64,000 nucleotides of DNA from Callorhinchus milii (taxonomy: Eukaryota). How positions within the stretch are numbered: position 1 is the first letter of the stretch; each line of letters begins with the position of its first letter. The stretch lies in contig NW_024704742.1 of assembly GCF_018977255.1 (NCBI RefSeq), forward strand, positions 94,304,001-94,368,000. Reading direction: 5' to 3'. This document shows, one piece after another, positions 1-14,373 of the stretch. The notes below the pieces were generated by a model that had not been told where the DNA came from, made no database searches, and saw nothing but the letters and a program-made list of their open reading frames with translations. The position numbers and the translations under genes were made by a program.

Positions 1-288
1 CTGATTTAAGTGTGAACACTCACCTCCTCCCCACACCCCCAACCACAAACACACAACCTTCTGACTCAGAGGCAAGAGTACTAATAACTGAGCCAGACTG
101 ATACAGATAGTTAGTAGCAGATCTGAACAGGAGTTTAGGAAGAACTTTATGCAGAGGGTGGAACTCACTGCAACTGGTTGAAACAAAAAGCATCATTGTA
201 TTCCTGAAGAGATTGTATATACGAGTGGGAGAAGAGAATAAAGGAGTCTAGTAGAAGGGATTAGGAAGGGTGCAGGCTCATGTATAGT

Positions 289-470
289 ATAATAATAATC
301 CTCGCATTTGATACACATTATCACGTCTTCGAGACATCTCAAAGCGCTTCACAGAATATACTGTAAAGTGAATTGACAGTATATTTTGTGGGCGAAGCAC
401 AGCAGTCAATTGCGCAAAGCAGTGTCCCACAAACAGTCGTGGATTGAGTGACCAATTTATTACTTTTTTT
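289..470 (-). mobile_element. SINE 3' portion inserted into an old CR1 3' fragment (about 130-270 and 495-555)
   Basis: (AAT)n tail and shared body; flanks carry CR1 3' UTR motifs such as gaatggcctgtt. Confidence 0.8.
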
Positions 471-592
471 TGAAGAAAGTATAAACACCAGTGTGGACAA
501 GTTGAGTCGAATGGCCTGTTTCCATGCTGTATCATCCTATTGTAATTCTATGTAATTGATCACAATGTCATTTTAGTTTCATTTCACAGGAT

Positions 593-741
593 ACCAGTCT
601 AACCCTCTCACACAGCAGTCTAACCCTCTCACACACCAGTCTAACCCACTCACACACCATTCTAACCCTCTCACAAATCAGTCTAACACACTCAAACATC
701 AGTCTAACGCACTTCAATACCAGACAGATACCAGTCTAACA
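593..741. repeat. 21-bp tandem repeat (accagtctaaccctctcacac), about 6-7 copies that degrade towards the right
   Basis: Period of 21 nt from position 593. Confidence 0.9.
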
Positions 742-863
742 CAATTAGAGTACAACATTTACTTCATGCTCATTCACAAGCCTTTGGTTAAGTCCTCAGG
801 TCACCCTGTATCCAGGGTCTAGTGAGTGGGTATGAATCAGAGGACTTTCCCTGTTGAAATTAG

Positions 864-930
864 TTTACGTTGTATGGTGGGCTTTACGTTTTGTGGTGGG
901 CTTTACGTTGTATGGTGGGTTTTACATTGT
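864..930. repeat. 19-bp tandem repeat (tttacgttgtatggtgggc), about 3.5 copies
   Basis: Directly visible. Confidence 0.88.
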
Positions 931-1089
931 AATTGTTTTTACAGGGAGAGGCACCAGTAAGATTACTCCTTTCCTCAGTAATGTTTTATTATTATCTAAT
1001 TATTATTTAATTATTATTATTATTATCAGCTCTGATGTGTGACATTATAATCCCATTAACAAGATCAATCTGTGTTTCTTTCTTTCTAG

Positions 1090-1182
1090 GGTAAATACGT
1101 GGTCTGCTTCGATCCGTTGGATGGTTCTTCCAACATTGATTGCCTGGCATCCATAGGAACCATTTTTGCTATTTACAAGAAG
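1090..1182 (+). CDS. FBP2: Fructose-1,6-bisphosphatase 2, exon [31 protein letters not shown]
   Basis: tttctag|GGT acceptor and AAG|gtaaaa donor; metal-binding DPLDGS motif; 93 nt. Confidence 0.96.
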
Positions 1183-1850
1183 GTAAAACATTTCTTTTCT
1201 TATTAGAGATTCAATCAGTGTTCAGTGCTAAACCCCAAACTAGCACAAACTAAAGAAGCTTATTTTATTATCTCTCTTATACCCTTTGTCCAGTAAAACT
1301 GACAGGCAGCCAGCCAGCTCCAGGGCATGAACCACTGCTATTATGTAATTGCCTATCAGGAGTCACACCAGGAGTGGCCTGAACCAGGAACGTCTAGGAG
1401 GAATAGTCTGGTTAGATTGAGTGGTCTCTTCCCATGCCTGTTTTTCTGAGTTTATTCCTGCTTGGAAATCAAATATAGAGTCAATTCATTTTACAGTATA
1501 TTCTGTGAAGCGCTTGGAGACATCTCAAAGACATAAGGCATTATTATCAAATGCAAGGATTATTATAAGGATTATTGCCACCATCTACTTGTTCATTGAA
1601 ACATGTTAATTGCTCTTGCAATTTCTGCTACGTAACATGATAAGATCTTCATAGTTTTTGGTCGAGCAACAACCCAAATCTTCCTGACCTGACAATAATG
1701 TTTCCCATCCAAAAACTCTGTCTCTTTGCTCTGCTCTACAATGTTGGAGCATGGTTCCAGAGGTAGCAGAGATTCCCTAGTCGATCATCTTCATTTCACA
1801 CGAGCCTGAACACTGGCAATTCAACGATAGCTTCCCCAGCGTTTACACAT

Positions 1851-2201
1851 AATAATAAATAGCAATCCTTGCATTTGATATAGCACTTTTCATGTCTTCT
1901 AGACATCTTAAAGTGCTTCACAGAATGGTGAAACACGGCAGCCAATTGCGCACAGCATTGTCCCATAAACAGTCACGGATTGAATGACCAATTTATTATT
2001 GTTTTTTTGAAGGATTATTATCCCTGGAAAAGTGATCCACCAATCGACTAACAACCAGGTTCCTACTTACTGCTAGGTCAACAGAAGCGTGTGGAGTAAG
2101 GAAACTTGCCCAACATTTCGCCCTGCCGGGAATTGAACCAAGGTTGGGTTTGATTCTCTCTCTTTTGAGGCGAGTGCTCTAATCACTGAGCTACAGGAAT
2201 C
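1851..2201 (-). mobile_element. SINE of the same family, longer variant with an extra internal segment
   Basis: Tail, body and tRNA-like head (gtagctcagtgattagagcactcgcc) all present. Confidence 0.82.
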
Positions 2202-3073
2202 CACATACATTATCTGCCAGGGCTGACCCAATAGCAACCATGTTAGGTCACTGTAATTGTTGGAATCTGTAACCGCATTTCACTCCACCACAGACTTACT
2301 GAAAGTAGGTCAATGGATAGCAAGCTGTATGTGCATGTGGCCACAAGATGGCGATCCCCTACCTTCTAAATTTTCTATAGCAAAACAATTGCTGAGATCA
2401 GTGATCTACTGGGTGCACATGCCCAGAACATCACTCTGTCCTTGTTTACTTATAGGGGTGGGATCAGATCTGGTTAAAGAGTAAGCTGGTTGACTTGAAT
2501 TAAAGTGACTCCTCTAGTGAGCTACATTACTTGAGAGGCCTCCAAGCCAAACACTTGAAAGCATAATTCATTCTGACAGCAGAGACTCAAGCGCCCGCTC
2601 TTCCACATACCAATTTGTCACGTGGAAGGACAGTGTTATCTTTCTACTGTGTCATCCGCACCCTGTTGACATGCAACTCCACACTTCTTGCAGTGCTGAA
2701 AAACTAAAAGGCCATTGCCATAAAATAAAGGCACGCAATCCGAATTCCAATTATAAGGCCAGGGATGTTACTAGTTTGCTGCTCACTGATTACATTCCAC
2801 TAATCTTAATCTTGCAGAAATAATTTGTGGTATTTCTTAATAAGGAATCAGTAATGATAGGGCAGAAATTTAAATACGATCAAGAAAAGAATTAAAGGAA
2901 GTTAAAATAAATTATTTTACACAGAGGGTGGTTGGAATGTGGAATTCTCTAATCTTAGATACGTAAGGCATTCCCAGACCACATCACAGCAGAGTCCCCA
3001 GGGGGTCTGTGTCATAGATTCGGTACAGGAAGGAATCCCTATTTGCATATCTTAGTTCTTGTTCCTGATCTCT

Positions 3074-3255
3074 ACAACAACAACAACAAGATTCCATTTA
3101 TAGAGCGCCTTTCACGTCGGGAGGATGTCCCAAGGCGCTGTACAGTTGGGTCAGGACCCGAGCAGGGGGGAAATGGTCAGGGTAAGGGGAGGGAAGGGAG
3201 GGAGCGAGGAGGGGGTAGAGAGTCGAGAGGGGAGCTGAAGGCACGGTCAAAGAGA
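3074..3255 (-). mobile_element. L2 3' end (young subfamily, one 3' UTR repeat unit)
   Basis: Matches the 3' UTR and tail of the 4671-5830 element. Confidence 0.85.
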
Positions 3256-4670
3256 TCTCTGCTGGGGGGAGGGGAGAGAATGGGGGAGAGGTGGATAGGC
3301 AGGATTACTTATGCTCAGCTTCCATCATGACCTATAATTACACAGTCATTATAAATAGCAGAAAATCCTGTGAAACACTTTGGGACGTCCTATCCATGTG
3401 AAAGGCGTTATACCAAATACCAGGATTATTATATTTTTCACCCAGTTGGGACTCCTGTCCTTGCTAATGGAGGCCACTTCGATGAGTTCCAGGCGGAGGG
3501 GAGTGGGTGAATGACAACATGGGGCCTGATTCCTGTGGAACCATACAAGCCAGAGCAAGAGCCTTCACGAGACAAGTGGTGAGGGAGGCCTGGGGGAAGG
3601 GGCATAACCCAATAACAATAAACCAGCAGATGTGTCATCACATACCAGCTACCATGGACACATACAAAGCACAACTTTTTTTCAAAACAGTTCATGGTCC
3701 CTTGGGTGTAAATGATCACATTTCCAACCACATTTCCTGCTATTTCTACTGTTCTTTTCAACAACAAGCTTGATAATATGACAAATAATCCTTGTATTTG
3801 ATACAACTCCTTTCACATCAAGAAGATGTCTCAAAGCGCTTCCCAGGATTTAGTGTAATGCGTAGTGATTGTGTATTTTGTAGGTGAACACAGCAGGCAT
3901 TTTGCTCACAGCAATGTCCCACAAACAGCCATGAAGTGAATGATCAGTGTTACTTGGAGGATTGTTGATCAGGACACTGGGAGAAACTCCCTTCTCTTTT
4001 GGAGCAGTGCTATAAAGAATCTTTAATGTCCACTTGACCAGACAGACACAGCTTTCATTGCAACCTGCTATGCGTTTGCTGCTTTGCATTGGACATTTGA
4101 TGCCAAGTTTGGGTTAAAAGAACGTAGTTAGACCCTATTATAGTGCAGTGGTTTGTATCCCTAAAACTAAAGCACCATATTATTATGGGTCTTACATTAC
4201 AGTGTAATTTCTGGTCAGCACTTCTGGGTCATGAGCTTGTGGATAACATCTCTCCCCTAACATCACCGAGCTGTGTATGTATGAAGTGCACAGTTAGCGG
4301 AGACTCCTCTCGTATTTCCACTGGTTCCACTACCCTTTATGCCCCTCCTATTCTACCTCAACAACAGTTCCACTATTTTCATCCACTCTCTGGAACTATA
4401 TCCTTGAATCCATCCACCTTGTTCCCTCCTTCCCTACCTTTAAAGACCTTGGATGTTTAATGTCCACCCTAATAGCCAGATGGAGTTTCAGTTTTAGTGT
4501 CTCATCTGAAGGATGGCACCACAAATAATGCAGCTCTTGCTCAATATTGCACTGGTGTTAACTATAGGTTGTAAGATCAAGTCCCAATGTAAGGCTTCAA
4601 CCCACAAGTTTTTGAATTTCAGAGAGGCAAAAGTGTTACCAACTTAGCCAGGCTTCACTTTACTTGGGGT

Positions 4671-5830
4671 AACTCTACCTTTCCTCCTCTACTCTCAACT
4701 CCACGACCACTGATGTCCTGACAGTCTGCCTGTCCGACATCGAGTCCTGGACGAGAGACAACTTTCTTCAGCTCAACGTGCGAAAAACCGAGGCCCTCCT
4801 GATTGGCTCACGTCAGCGCCTCCGCACCTCAGGCGCTGACACCATCAGCATCTAAGGCTGCACTCTCCACCTCTCAAAGCCAGTCAGGAACCTCGGCGTT
4901 TTGTTCGACCCTGAGCTGTCCTTTCTCCCTCACATCCGCACCACAACTGGCACCGCCTTCCATCACCTCCGGAACATCGCCAGACTACGGCACTACCTCA
5001 CCCTCACGCGGCTGAAACCCTGGTTCACGCCTTTGTCACCTCAAGGCTGGACTATGGGAACTCTCTCCTCGCCGGCCTTCCCGCCACCTCCCTCCACAAG
5101 CTGCAGGTCATTCAGAACTCTGCAGCTCGTGTACTGTCCCACACCAGGACCACATCACTCCCACCCTCGCTCGCCTCCACTGGCTCCCATCCCCCAGAGG
5201 ATTGATTTCAAGATCCTCATCCTCACCTACAAGGCCATTCACGGCCTTGCTCCCTCCTACCTCTCCAACCTACTATCCCCCTACCTACCTGCCCGTACCC
5301 TCCGTTCCTCTGGCTCCGGTCTGCTCCACGTCCCCCGCCCCAACCGCCCTACCATCGGTGGTCGGGCCTTCAGCCTCTCAGCCCCCAGGCTCTGGAACTC
5401 CATCCCCCAGTGCCTTCGCCTTGCTTCCTCCCTTTCCTCCTTCAAGGCCGGTCTCAAAACCTTTCTCTTTGACCAAGCCTTCAGCTCCCCTTTCGACTCT
5501 CTTCCCCCTCCTCGCTCCCTCCCTTCCCTCCCCTCACCCTGACCATTTCCCCCTTCCTCGCTCCCTCACTTCCCTCCCCTCACCCTGACCATTTCCCCCT
5601 CCTCGCTCCCTCCCTTCCCTCCCCTCACCCTGACCATTTCCCCCCTCCTCGCTCCCTCCCTTCCCTCCCCTCACCCTGACCATTTCCCCACTCCTCGCTC
5701 CCTCCCTTCCCTCCCCTCACCCTGACCATTTCCCCCCTGCTCGGGTCATGACCCAACTGTGCAGCATCTTGGGACGTCCTCCTGAGGTGAAAGGCGCTTT
5801 ATAAATGGAATCTTGTTGTTGTTGTTGTTG
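4671..5830 (+). mobile_element. L2-type LINE 3' fragment with frameshifts, a 46-bp VNTR in the 3' UTR and a (TTG)n tail
   Basis: NFLQLN..KTE, LRNIARLR, LHWLP..RIDFK and LWNSIP ORF2 C-terminal motifs; tail ttgttgttg. Confidence 0.9.
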
Positions 5831-6947
5831 TAACAAGCAAGTAAGATCAAACTCTAAGGGGTATGAGAGTTAATTTGGGAGATGTAGAATGTTAATTCTC
5901 CCAAGCACTTCCCACTTGTGTTGGAGAGGACTGGGAATTTCCCAGCCACCCTTCCCTCTCCAGCCTGAAAGCCTAGGGAAAGGCAAAACAACTTATAAAG
6001 TAAAAAAAATACAGTTGCAATTAGCATTCCATTCCTGTGTCGTTATTTCCTTGGTCTCAGGATCTTTGAGTAGTACAGGATGATTCGATACTCTGAGCAC
6101 AGAAGATATGTGTGAGGCAGGATGGGTCAAAGGTGCTTTTTAATGGTTGGTGGCAAAGGAGGTCATACATCAGTGATAATTAGCACATCACATATCGCAA
6201 ATTCCTCCTCACCTTTGCCAGAGAATGCATTAGCTTAATTCCATTAAACTTTGATTAAAATTATCCAGTATTACCTCTGGATAATCTGTGTTCAGATAAT
6301 TAGCTTGATATTTTGAACACTAACTGGCCCTGTTTCTCCAGCTGGGACAGCACTACCCCTTAAACCTTTGACATGCTGGGGTAACAGGAGCCAAGTGGGA
6401 AGAATCCATGGCCCCAGTGACTGTTCTGCTCCTTCAAGTCCTGGTAATTCTCCAGGCCGGCTGGTCTGTTAAAAGTAGTACCATAAACCTGACTGGCTGA
6501 GGAAGCGGAGTGCTGAGAAAGCCACAGAGGATCTATTCAGTGCCAATAATCCATTGCAGGCATGTCAACTTGGAACCAGCCCAGCCCCAAAGAGGCCCTG
6601 ACTACCTTCCTTCCCTCTCAAGGCGGATCGTCACTCTACAGCTGCTCACATCTGTAAATGCAGTTAGCCAAACACTTCTATATTTCAATTCACATAAGCA
6701 CTGAAAACCACTTCCTTCTGGAAGTGCCTCAAACAGATCCCTTATAAGGCAATTTGTTAAAATGGTCCAATTTTGATATGCGATACCAATGATTCATTAA
6801 CATGTGAGTTGGGGATGTGCATGATGCCTGAGTCATGATCAGTTTGCAAACACACCTTGCCCTTATCTGCTTAGCTTTCTGTGGCGGTGATCACCATTGG
6901 CCTGAAAGTAGACTCCACAGTAATTGACCCTATTATTTCTTTGGCAG

Positions 6948-7088
6948 GTATCTGAAGAGCCGCCGAGTGAAAAAGACGCTCTTCAGCCTGGCCGGGACAT
7001 AGTGGCTGCTGGGTATGCCCTGTACGGCAGTGCCACTCTGGTAGCTCTCTCCACTGGACAGGGAGTCGACTGCTTCATGTTGGATCCA
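6948..7088 (+). CDS. FBP2: FBP2 exon [47 protein letters not shown]
   Basis: ttggcag| acceptor and CCA|gtacgt donor; [13 protein letters not shown]ase motif; 141 nt. Confidence 0.96.
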
Positions 7089-8353
7089 GTACGTAATGAA
7101 CGTTAACCACTGGTATATCACGGCCTCCAGCTTGATGCTTTATATTGAAAATATTTTCACCGCACGATAGAAACTCTAAAACATCCTTCCTACAAGTGGT
7201 CAGTGCTGGTGAAATATGGAGAGGAGGAGAGGGAGGAGAGTGAAAATAAGAAATAATGAATAAACAGGAGTAATTATATATAGTAAACTCCTGATATCTC
7301 AACTCTGGCTTAACTTGTCACTATCACTTAAGTCATCATGCTCTCAATATCCCGGCCACATTTATTTTGCTGGATTTATTTCATAGTGTAGTGTCTGCAT
7401 TTGTGGGTGAATGCAGCAGCTAATTTGCGCACAGCAATGGCCCACAAACAGCCATGACATGAGTGAACCCATTTAATTTAGGATAGTGAAATGACACTTC
7501 CTCCTCTTGCCAATCTGTTTTTCGGCAACTCTAAGTATCAGAATCATTCTGACTCTATACCTATTAATAAATCCAATTCCTACTGTACATTATTACATGG
7601 ATCTCTTTCAAACTGAGCCTTGTACCATTAATGCAATAATGGTATAATTGAAAATATTAATAAAACATAAATTCAGATAAATTCTTATTGGTGCTGGTAT
7701 TTCTCACCCTCATGAGTGCTTGCCCCAAATTCAATTAAAAATTGTAAATGGTCAATCTCTCCTACCCAATTTATTTGATAAATATCTATCCAATACGCTC
7801 TTGAATTTGCTGATAATCTACTTCCACCACTTCTCCACAGAGTCAATTTCACATTCAGAGGAACCCCATGATGGTGTAGTCAGATAGAGTGTTGCCTTCG
7901 GCAACCCTCCTACTCTCTCTGTGCGCCACCCTCCCTGATCACTGACCAGCCAGCTTCCCATGCTAAAATGGTCTGACTTCTGGGTAGAACAATATAGTTT
8001 TTTATTTGATATTAATTAACTATTACTGCATTTTAATCAATTCTAAAATTTGCAAAACAGGCAGTCACTACACTTTATAGTGATATCCTATGAAGCGCTT
8101 TGGGATGTCTTACTGACATGAAAGGCATGATACCAAATATAAGGATTATTATAATAAAATTATTTACCTTAGGTTCCAATTAATTACAGATATTTTATCT
8201 CACCTTAAACCAATAAGTTAGTTTGTGCTGAGTACCGAGCAGCACTTACCTGTGGTGCTGTGATACTACCACTAGCCATGTTTGACCCCTGGCTTCCACC
8301 ACCTCCCAAACCCACCAACCCCCAACAAATGATGCTTCTCGCTCTGTTTCTAG

Positions 8354-8491
8354 GCCTTGGGGGAGTTTATTCTTGTGGACAAAGATGTGAGAATAAAGAA
8401 GAAAGGGAAGATCTACAGTGTGAATGAAGGCTACGCCAAATACTTTGACCCTGCAGTCACTGAATACATTCATAAGAAAAAGTTCCCTGAG
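8354..8491 (+). CDS. FBP2: FBP2 exon [46 protein letters not shown]
   Basis: tttctag| acceptor and GAG|gtatga donor; GEFILV and YSxNEG motifs; KKKGK basic stretch; 138 nt. Translated by hand, not in the ORF track. Confidence 0.95.
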
Positions 8492-8609
8492 GTATGACTT
8501 TCACCATTTTAAAGGGGAGCTCCAGAAATGGTACCAAAAATTTAAGCTTATTGGATACGACTCATCAAGCTTCCATTGTTGATCACTGGATTAGGTTAAA
8601 TGGCAACAC

Positions 8610-9140
8610 ATCAGCATCCATGGATGCACACTCCACCTCACTGAGCCAGTCATGAACCTGGGCGTCTTGTTCAACCTCCGTGCTATGACTCGCTCTGCCT
8701 TCCCCCACCTCCGCAACATTGCCCAACTCCACCACTGCCTCACCCCTCAGTCTGCCTTCATTACATCCAAGCTCGGCTATGTGAATACCCTGCTTCCCAA
8801 TTCTTCCCTCCATAAGCTACAGATCATCCAGAACTCTGCAGCTCATGTTCTCTCCCGCACCAGGATCTGTGACCCCATCACAACCACCCTCATCCGACTC
8901 CACTGGCTCCCCATCCCTCAGAGGATCAAGTTCAAAATTCTCGTCCTCACCTTCAAGGCCCTCCATGGCTTTGCCCCCTACTATCTCTCCGACCTGCTAA
9001 CCCCTTATCAATCTGTCTGCTCTCTCTGCTCAGCAGGCTCTGGCCTGCTCCATGTTCCCCACTTGGGTCCTAATCCCTGACTATTCAGCGCCTTGGGACA
9101 TCCTCCCAACGTGAAAGGCGCTTTACAAATATTATTTTGT
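8610..9140 (+). mobile_element. L2 3' fragment, internally deleted
   Basis: ORF 8652..9080 with LHWLPIPQRIKFK; L2 terminal stem-loop. Confidence 0.85.
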
Positions 9141-11294
9141 ATTATATTTCATTGAAACGGTTGGGCTTGAAGCTGTTTACAGCTGCTACTGGACTAGTCA
9201 ACTGCAGAATGCAGGGTTTGAGTGCCAGTTCCCATGATATTCATTTATCTAAGTGTGCTGAGATGCTACCTTGCGTGGAGGGTGCTATATAATTGAAAGT
9301 TGTTGCTGTTGTTATCTCACTTGAGTTAAGCCAGAAACCATGAACCACCACTCAAGCCATGCATCGGGTCCAACCATTTTGAAAAAACTCAGGGGAAGGG
9401 GTTCACACTAATGGTCAGACACGACAACCCGATTGAATTATCTATATTGTGATAGTCACACCCTGATTTTTCACACCGCATGTCACAATTTCACCCCACC
9501 TACACACAGGCAGCAGTTTCCTAATGATAGAAAATGACTTCAGTTGCTCTGGGCCTTCGTTTCAAGCAGAATAAGACCAAGTCCTTGGTTGCTGTTTACA
9601 CTGAGAACTCATTACCAAAACAAATATGGATGTAAATGTGTTGCACTGAGCCAGGCAGAATAAGGAGGCCCCAGATACAATTCATGTTTGCAGGCAGCAT
9701 ATCCAGGCTAAAGTGAGGGAGTGGGTTTATCAGCCAGGGACTTCGCTCCTGACCACTCAGTAGTTATTTTGAGCACTTAGACAAACAGCATATTAAAGCC
9801 ATGACTACCGTGGCCTTCATTACAGGTGGTTTGCTATGATGACTCACCCATACAAGTGTGCCCTCCTTTACGGAGGGTGAAATGAGCCAGGATTCCAAAT
9901 CATATGAGATCTCAAATGTTGTATATTCTTAACCTTTAAGATCATTTTGCCTTAAAACAAGATCGTCCAGAATTGTGAAAAAGTCTTAAATGCTGTCTCA
10001 ATTTGGAAGCCAGTTCCTACAAGATTTTTTTAAATTGGCTTCCAGATCAAAGCTGAATTTAAGAATTTTGAGATGGGAGAAAAAAATGGGGAAGATACCA
10101 AAATGCAACTTAAAAAATAAATAGTGTCAGCAAGTGTCAGCATGCTGTGTGGTGCTGCCAGGGGTGGGGGAGTAGAGCGCAATCGAACAGCTGGAGTTTG
10201 GTACAATTTGTCGCAGCTGCATCTCTGCAGTTAGTGAAAGGCTAAGATGTGGTACATTAGTTCAGTTAAAACAAGACGCAGATCTAATTTCTAGAACATT
10301 GTTAGGAGAGACGCCTACGTGCATTACACACCCAGTTTAACTTACAACAGCCAAGGTGATGCCATGACTTTGAATCAGGTGATTGGAAAAACAAACTGGT
10401 TTGCATGTCTCACTTCACTGTCACATCCAACCATATCTCTCCATCTTTACCTCTGATACCAAAAGCAAGGAGGACATCCTCGTGAGAAAAATTAGCATTT
10501 GTCTGGTTGCATTCCTCCTCCCCCAGGTTTGTGTACTTCACAATGTGTCTTGTCTATATTATGGCATGTCTGGTGCATATCACAACATGTCTTATATATA
10601 TCATGATCGCATCTTGATTATATCACAACGTGTTATATTTATATCACAATATGTTTTGTGTCATAGCCTGCGGCTGATATTAGGGCAACATTGGGTCAGT
10701 GCTATCAGGTATAAATATATAAAGGCTACAAAATAAGTGAAGGGAATATCACTGTTGGGGTGGACACGAGACTATATTTTTGATATAGTGCATCAAATGG
10801 GCAACTCATTCAGTTGTAAAATGTAACCGATGTATTTGGGGAGAACTGGGTGGTGCCATAGGTTTTGTAAGGCAATAATAAGGAGATTATTGTTGCTGCT
10901 CGCTCTTCTTGATCAGACAAGTTCTGCTCCAAAGTTATTTAAAGCAATAGCTGTTTTTAAATCACATGATAGCACATGATGTGTACTCCCCACTATTAAC
11001 ACTCCTCAGGCCAAAAGAGTGAGAAATTAATAAATGTGGGCAGGTACAGCAGTACTTTTCAAATCTGATTCAGATCACTGTAGTCACACCCACAGCGGCC
11101 TTGCCATTCACGTGCTTTGATAATGTAGCCAAGGTGGTAGCCACTGCTTATCTTCGGCAATGATTTCAAGGAATTTATAGCGAACCAGGCAGCCTTGTGG
11201 TGACATCACTCATTCTGCACATCCATATACCTTTCCACTACCTGTGGCTGAAGGCAAACAAGGAAGGTCCAAGCACGTGTTCCTAAGCCACATT

Positions 11295-11805
11295 CATGGC
11301 TCTGCCCTTTCCTGATTTCACTCATTATTACCTGTCCCAGTGTCTTTTCTTGTTTCCTCCAATGGCTCCTTCTTACCTCTCTCCAGCTCAGTCACTTTGA
11401 GGTGTTCTTCAGGGCTATTCTTGGTCCAGCCCATTTCACCATCTACATGTTCCCCCTTGGCGATATCATCTGAAGGCACTGGATCCACTTGGATGACACT
11501 CAATTCTATCTCTTTGCCTCTACTCTCGATTCTAGGATCAATCCTGCTCTGACTGATTACCAGCAGACATCAGGTGGGGAACGAGTTCCCTATTCTACAG
11601 CTCAGTATCAACAAGGGGAAGGCTCTCCTGCTTGGATCCAGGCAGCACCTTCTCACCTCAGATGCTCACTGCATCAACTGTGATTTCAGCCACCTTTCTG
11701 TCCCCTCTCAACTCCTCCCCCCAGCTCAGCTCCAGTCAGTTGTGCAAAGCACTTTATGAAGTGCTCCCGATGTCAAAGGGGTTATAAAAATATAAATTGT
11801 TTTGT
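11295..11805 (+). mobile_element. Degraded L2 fragment
   Basis: MDDTQFYL and LQLSINK remnants; boundaries approximate. Confidence 0.65.
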
Positions 11806-14164
11806 TTGTTATTTGTTGGACTTTGCTGTGTGCAAAATGGCCTATAGACCCACAATAACATACACTTTACAGAAAACCTTGTGAAGTACTTTGAGATGTT
11901 TTGACATGCGCTATATCAAATGGAAGGATTATTATAGTGTAACCACAATCTACAAACCGTGCCTTGAAAGGGTAGACTGCTGTTGAATTTGTTGAGTTCT
12001 ACTCATCTTGGTAAAAAAAATTATTTATCAGCAGTTGGCTGCTGTGTTTCTCTCACAAAATACACAGTCACTACACTTTACAGAATATTCTGTGAAGCGC
12101 TTTGAGATGTCTCAAAGACATGATAAGGCGCTATATCAAATGCAAGGAATATTATTATTATTGTTGTGTGTGAGGGGGGCTGGCGGAAAGGGGTTGGATA
12201 CAGAAATTCCTGGGCTTTTTTGTCCACAGGACACACTTAGCAAGGAGTTTGATTATGTATTTTGGTGCCTCAAACCAACTTTTCTGCCAAAAGGCCACGT
12301 GGTGGTCCAAGCGCAGGTTCTTAAGTCATTAACAATGCTGTAATTCATATTGAAAGACCAGGCAGTGATCTTTACATTGACTCAACATCCGTTATCAAGT
12401 GCGGAAAGCACTAGATCTTAAGCAAGAGGCAGACAAGCTGACCATGACAAATGTTTCTGTTCGTCCAAGAGTTAAAATGCATTTGCAGCCTTCCCCTCAG
12501 TATAGTTTTATTTAAACACAGCCTGGAAACAAACAAGCCCAGATAAACTTCATTGGAACATTCAGTGCACAATATGACCTTTGATCTACTGTATTAGAGT
12601 GCGTCATCAATATTTGAATGTTTATGAGCTGCCTGCTGAACTCTCTCAGCCTAGTTGGCCTAGTTATTTCACTGCCACTAAAGGGAGAATATACAATGAA
12701 GCTTAAAATTTCATTCACAAACAGAAGACACCAAATCGTTGCCTATCATTTAACAACTAACATTTCCATTAGCATAAAGTCTGTGGTGAAAATCTGCCAT
12801 TTTATGATGGGATACCTGTTTTGCTAATTAACGCTGGCATTGACTTCTGTGGCCTTTTGATATGAATTGTAAAAGGATGCAGGAACAATAACAAAAATAA
12901 CTTGCATTTATATAGGGCTCTTCATGGAGTAGCAACTACTCTAAGACGATGCAGGAAGATGTGAACAGGCAAACAGGATGTGAGGATATGTGAAAGATAA
13001 AATTGAATCTAGAGAAATGTGAAGTAATTCACATACACACACCACACATACACACATACACACTGCTCAATAGTCCCATTAAGAAGCCAGCTAGCTATCA
13101 TTAAACTTTCAGCTTTGCGATCACAGCATCGAAATGTTAGTGTGATAACAGCTAGCATCCCCCTAACTAGCAATTTAATAATTTGTTTGCTCATCTCAGA
13201 CCCATGAGCCAAGCATCAGTGATGCCCTGAACTACTGAGGACTTGTCTGTCTCAACTTACAGATGAACAAGTCCGCCACAGGGAGTAGCTCAACTCCACT
13301 CTCCCTTTGTCAGGCATACATGCACCAACAGTATACACAGTCACTGCTCTTTATAGTAAATCCTGTGAAGCGTTTTGAGATGACCTCCTGATGTGAAAGG
13401 CACTGTATGAAACGTAAGGATTATTATTATCTTGGAGCCCGCTCAACTCACTATCACCTCCCGGTGCAGTTTGCTGCTGTTACCTCTTCAAACTACTTAC
13501 CATTGTGTGTGTAAGTGGATCCCCAACCCACCTCCCTGAGACAGTAGGGCAAATGGTACAATACAGTCAGCAGTCAAGGTCCAGGATCAGAATGCTGACA
13601 CTATAATTTGGAAACAAAGGTCGTGGGTGAATTGGTGTGAGTGTAGTTACCACAGAAACGTAGAAATCTACATCCCAGGAAGAGGCCACAATATATTAGT
13701 CTTTGGTTTAGTTCCTCCAATCAAATCATCCACCCTAATGTCAGTTCCCTACTCTTTATACTCTCTCAGTCTCAGGTGCTAGTGTTGCTGCCATTGCTTT
13801 GCATTCCACCCTCCAAAAATAAAAGAGCAGATTCCACCCCACCAGGAGCTTCGAGCACTGCACAGAGTGTTCTAATTTAACAGCGTTTTTCAAACCGGTG
13901 TAATTTTTCAAGAATGATGCTGACTTTGTCTCGTGAATTTGTTTGTGTTGCAAATATTTGTTTCCGGTATAATATGGTGAGAAATCTAGGGCAGACATCT
14001 GCCACATGAGTTATTTTTTGTTCTTGCGAAACTCTCCACCTAAAATTCATATAAATTGCCTTGATACAATCTAATCTATGCATATGTATGAATAAGATAT
14101 GCAGCACTATACTAATTATTTCTAGGATTCTTTGAATTGTTGCTGTCCGTTTCACTAGGAGGGG

Positions 14165-14373
14165 TGGAATCTTCCCCATTCTGTCCTCCCTCCCTTATCT
14201 CCTTCAAGGCCCTTCTCAAAACTTCCCTTTTTGACCGCGCCTTTGATTACCCTCTGACCCCTACCCCCCCTGCCCTCCATCCCTCCTGATTCCAACCCCA
14301 GTTCAGGTGCACATCCTTGACTGTCCAACTCCTCCTGACATGAAAGACTCTCTACAAATGTAAGTTGTTGTTG
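14165..14373 (+). mobile_element. L2 3' end fragment
   Basis: ttcaaggccctt..aaaac..tttgaccgcgcc and an aaatgtaagttgttgttg tail. Confidence 0.75.
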
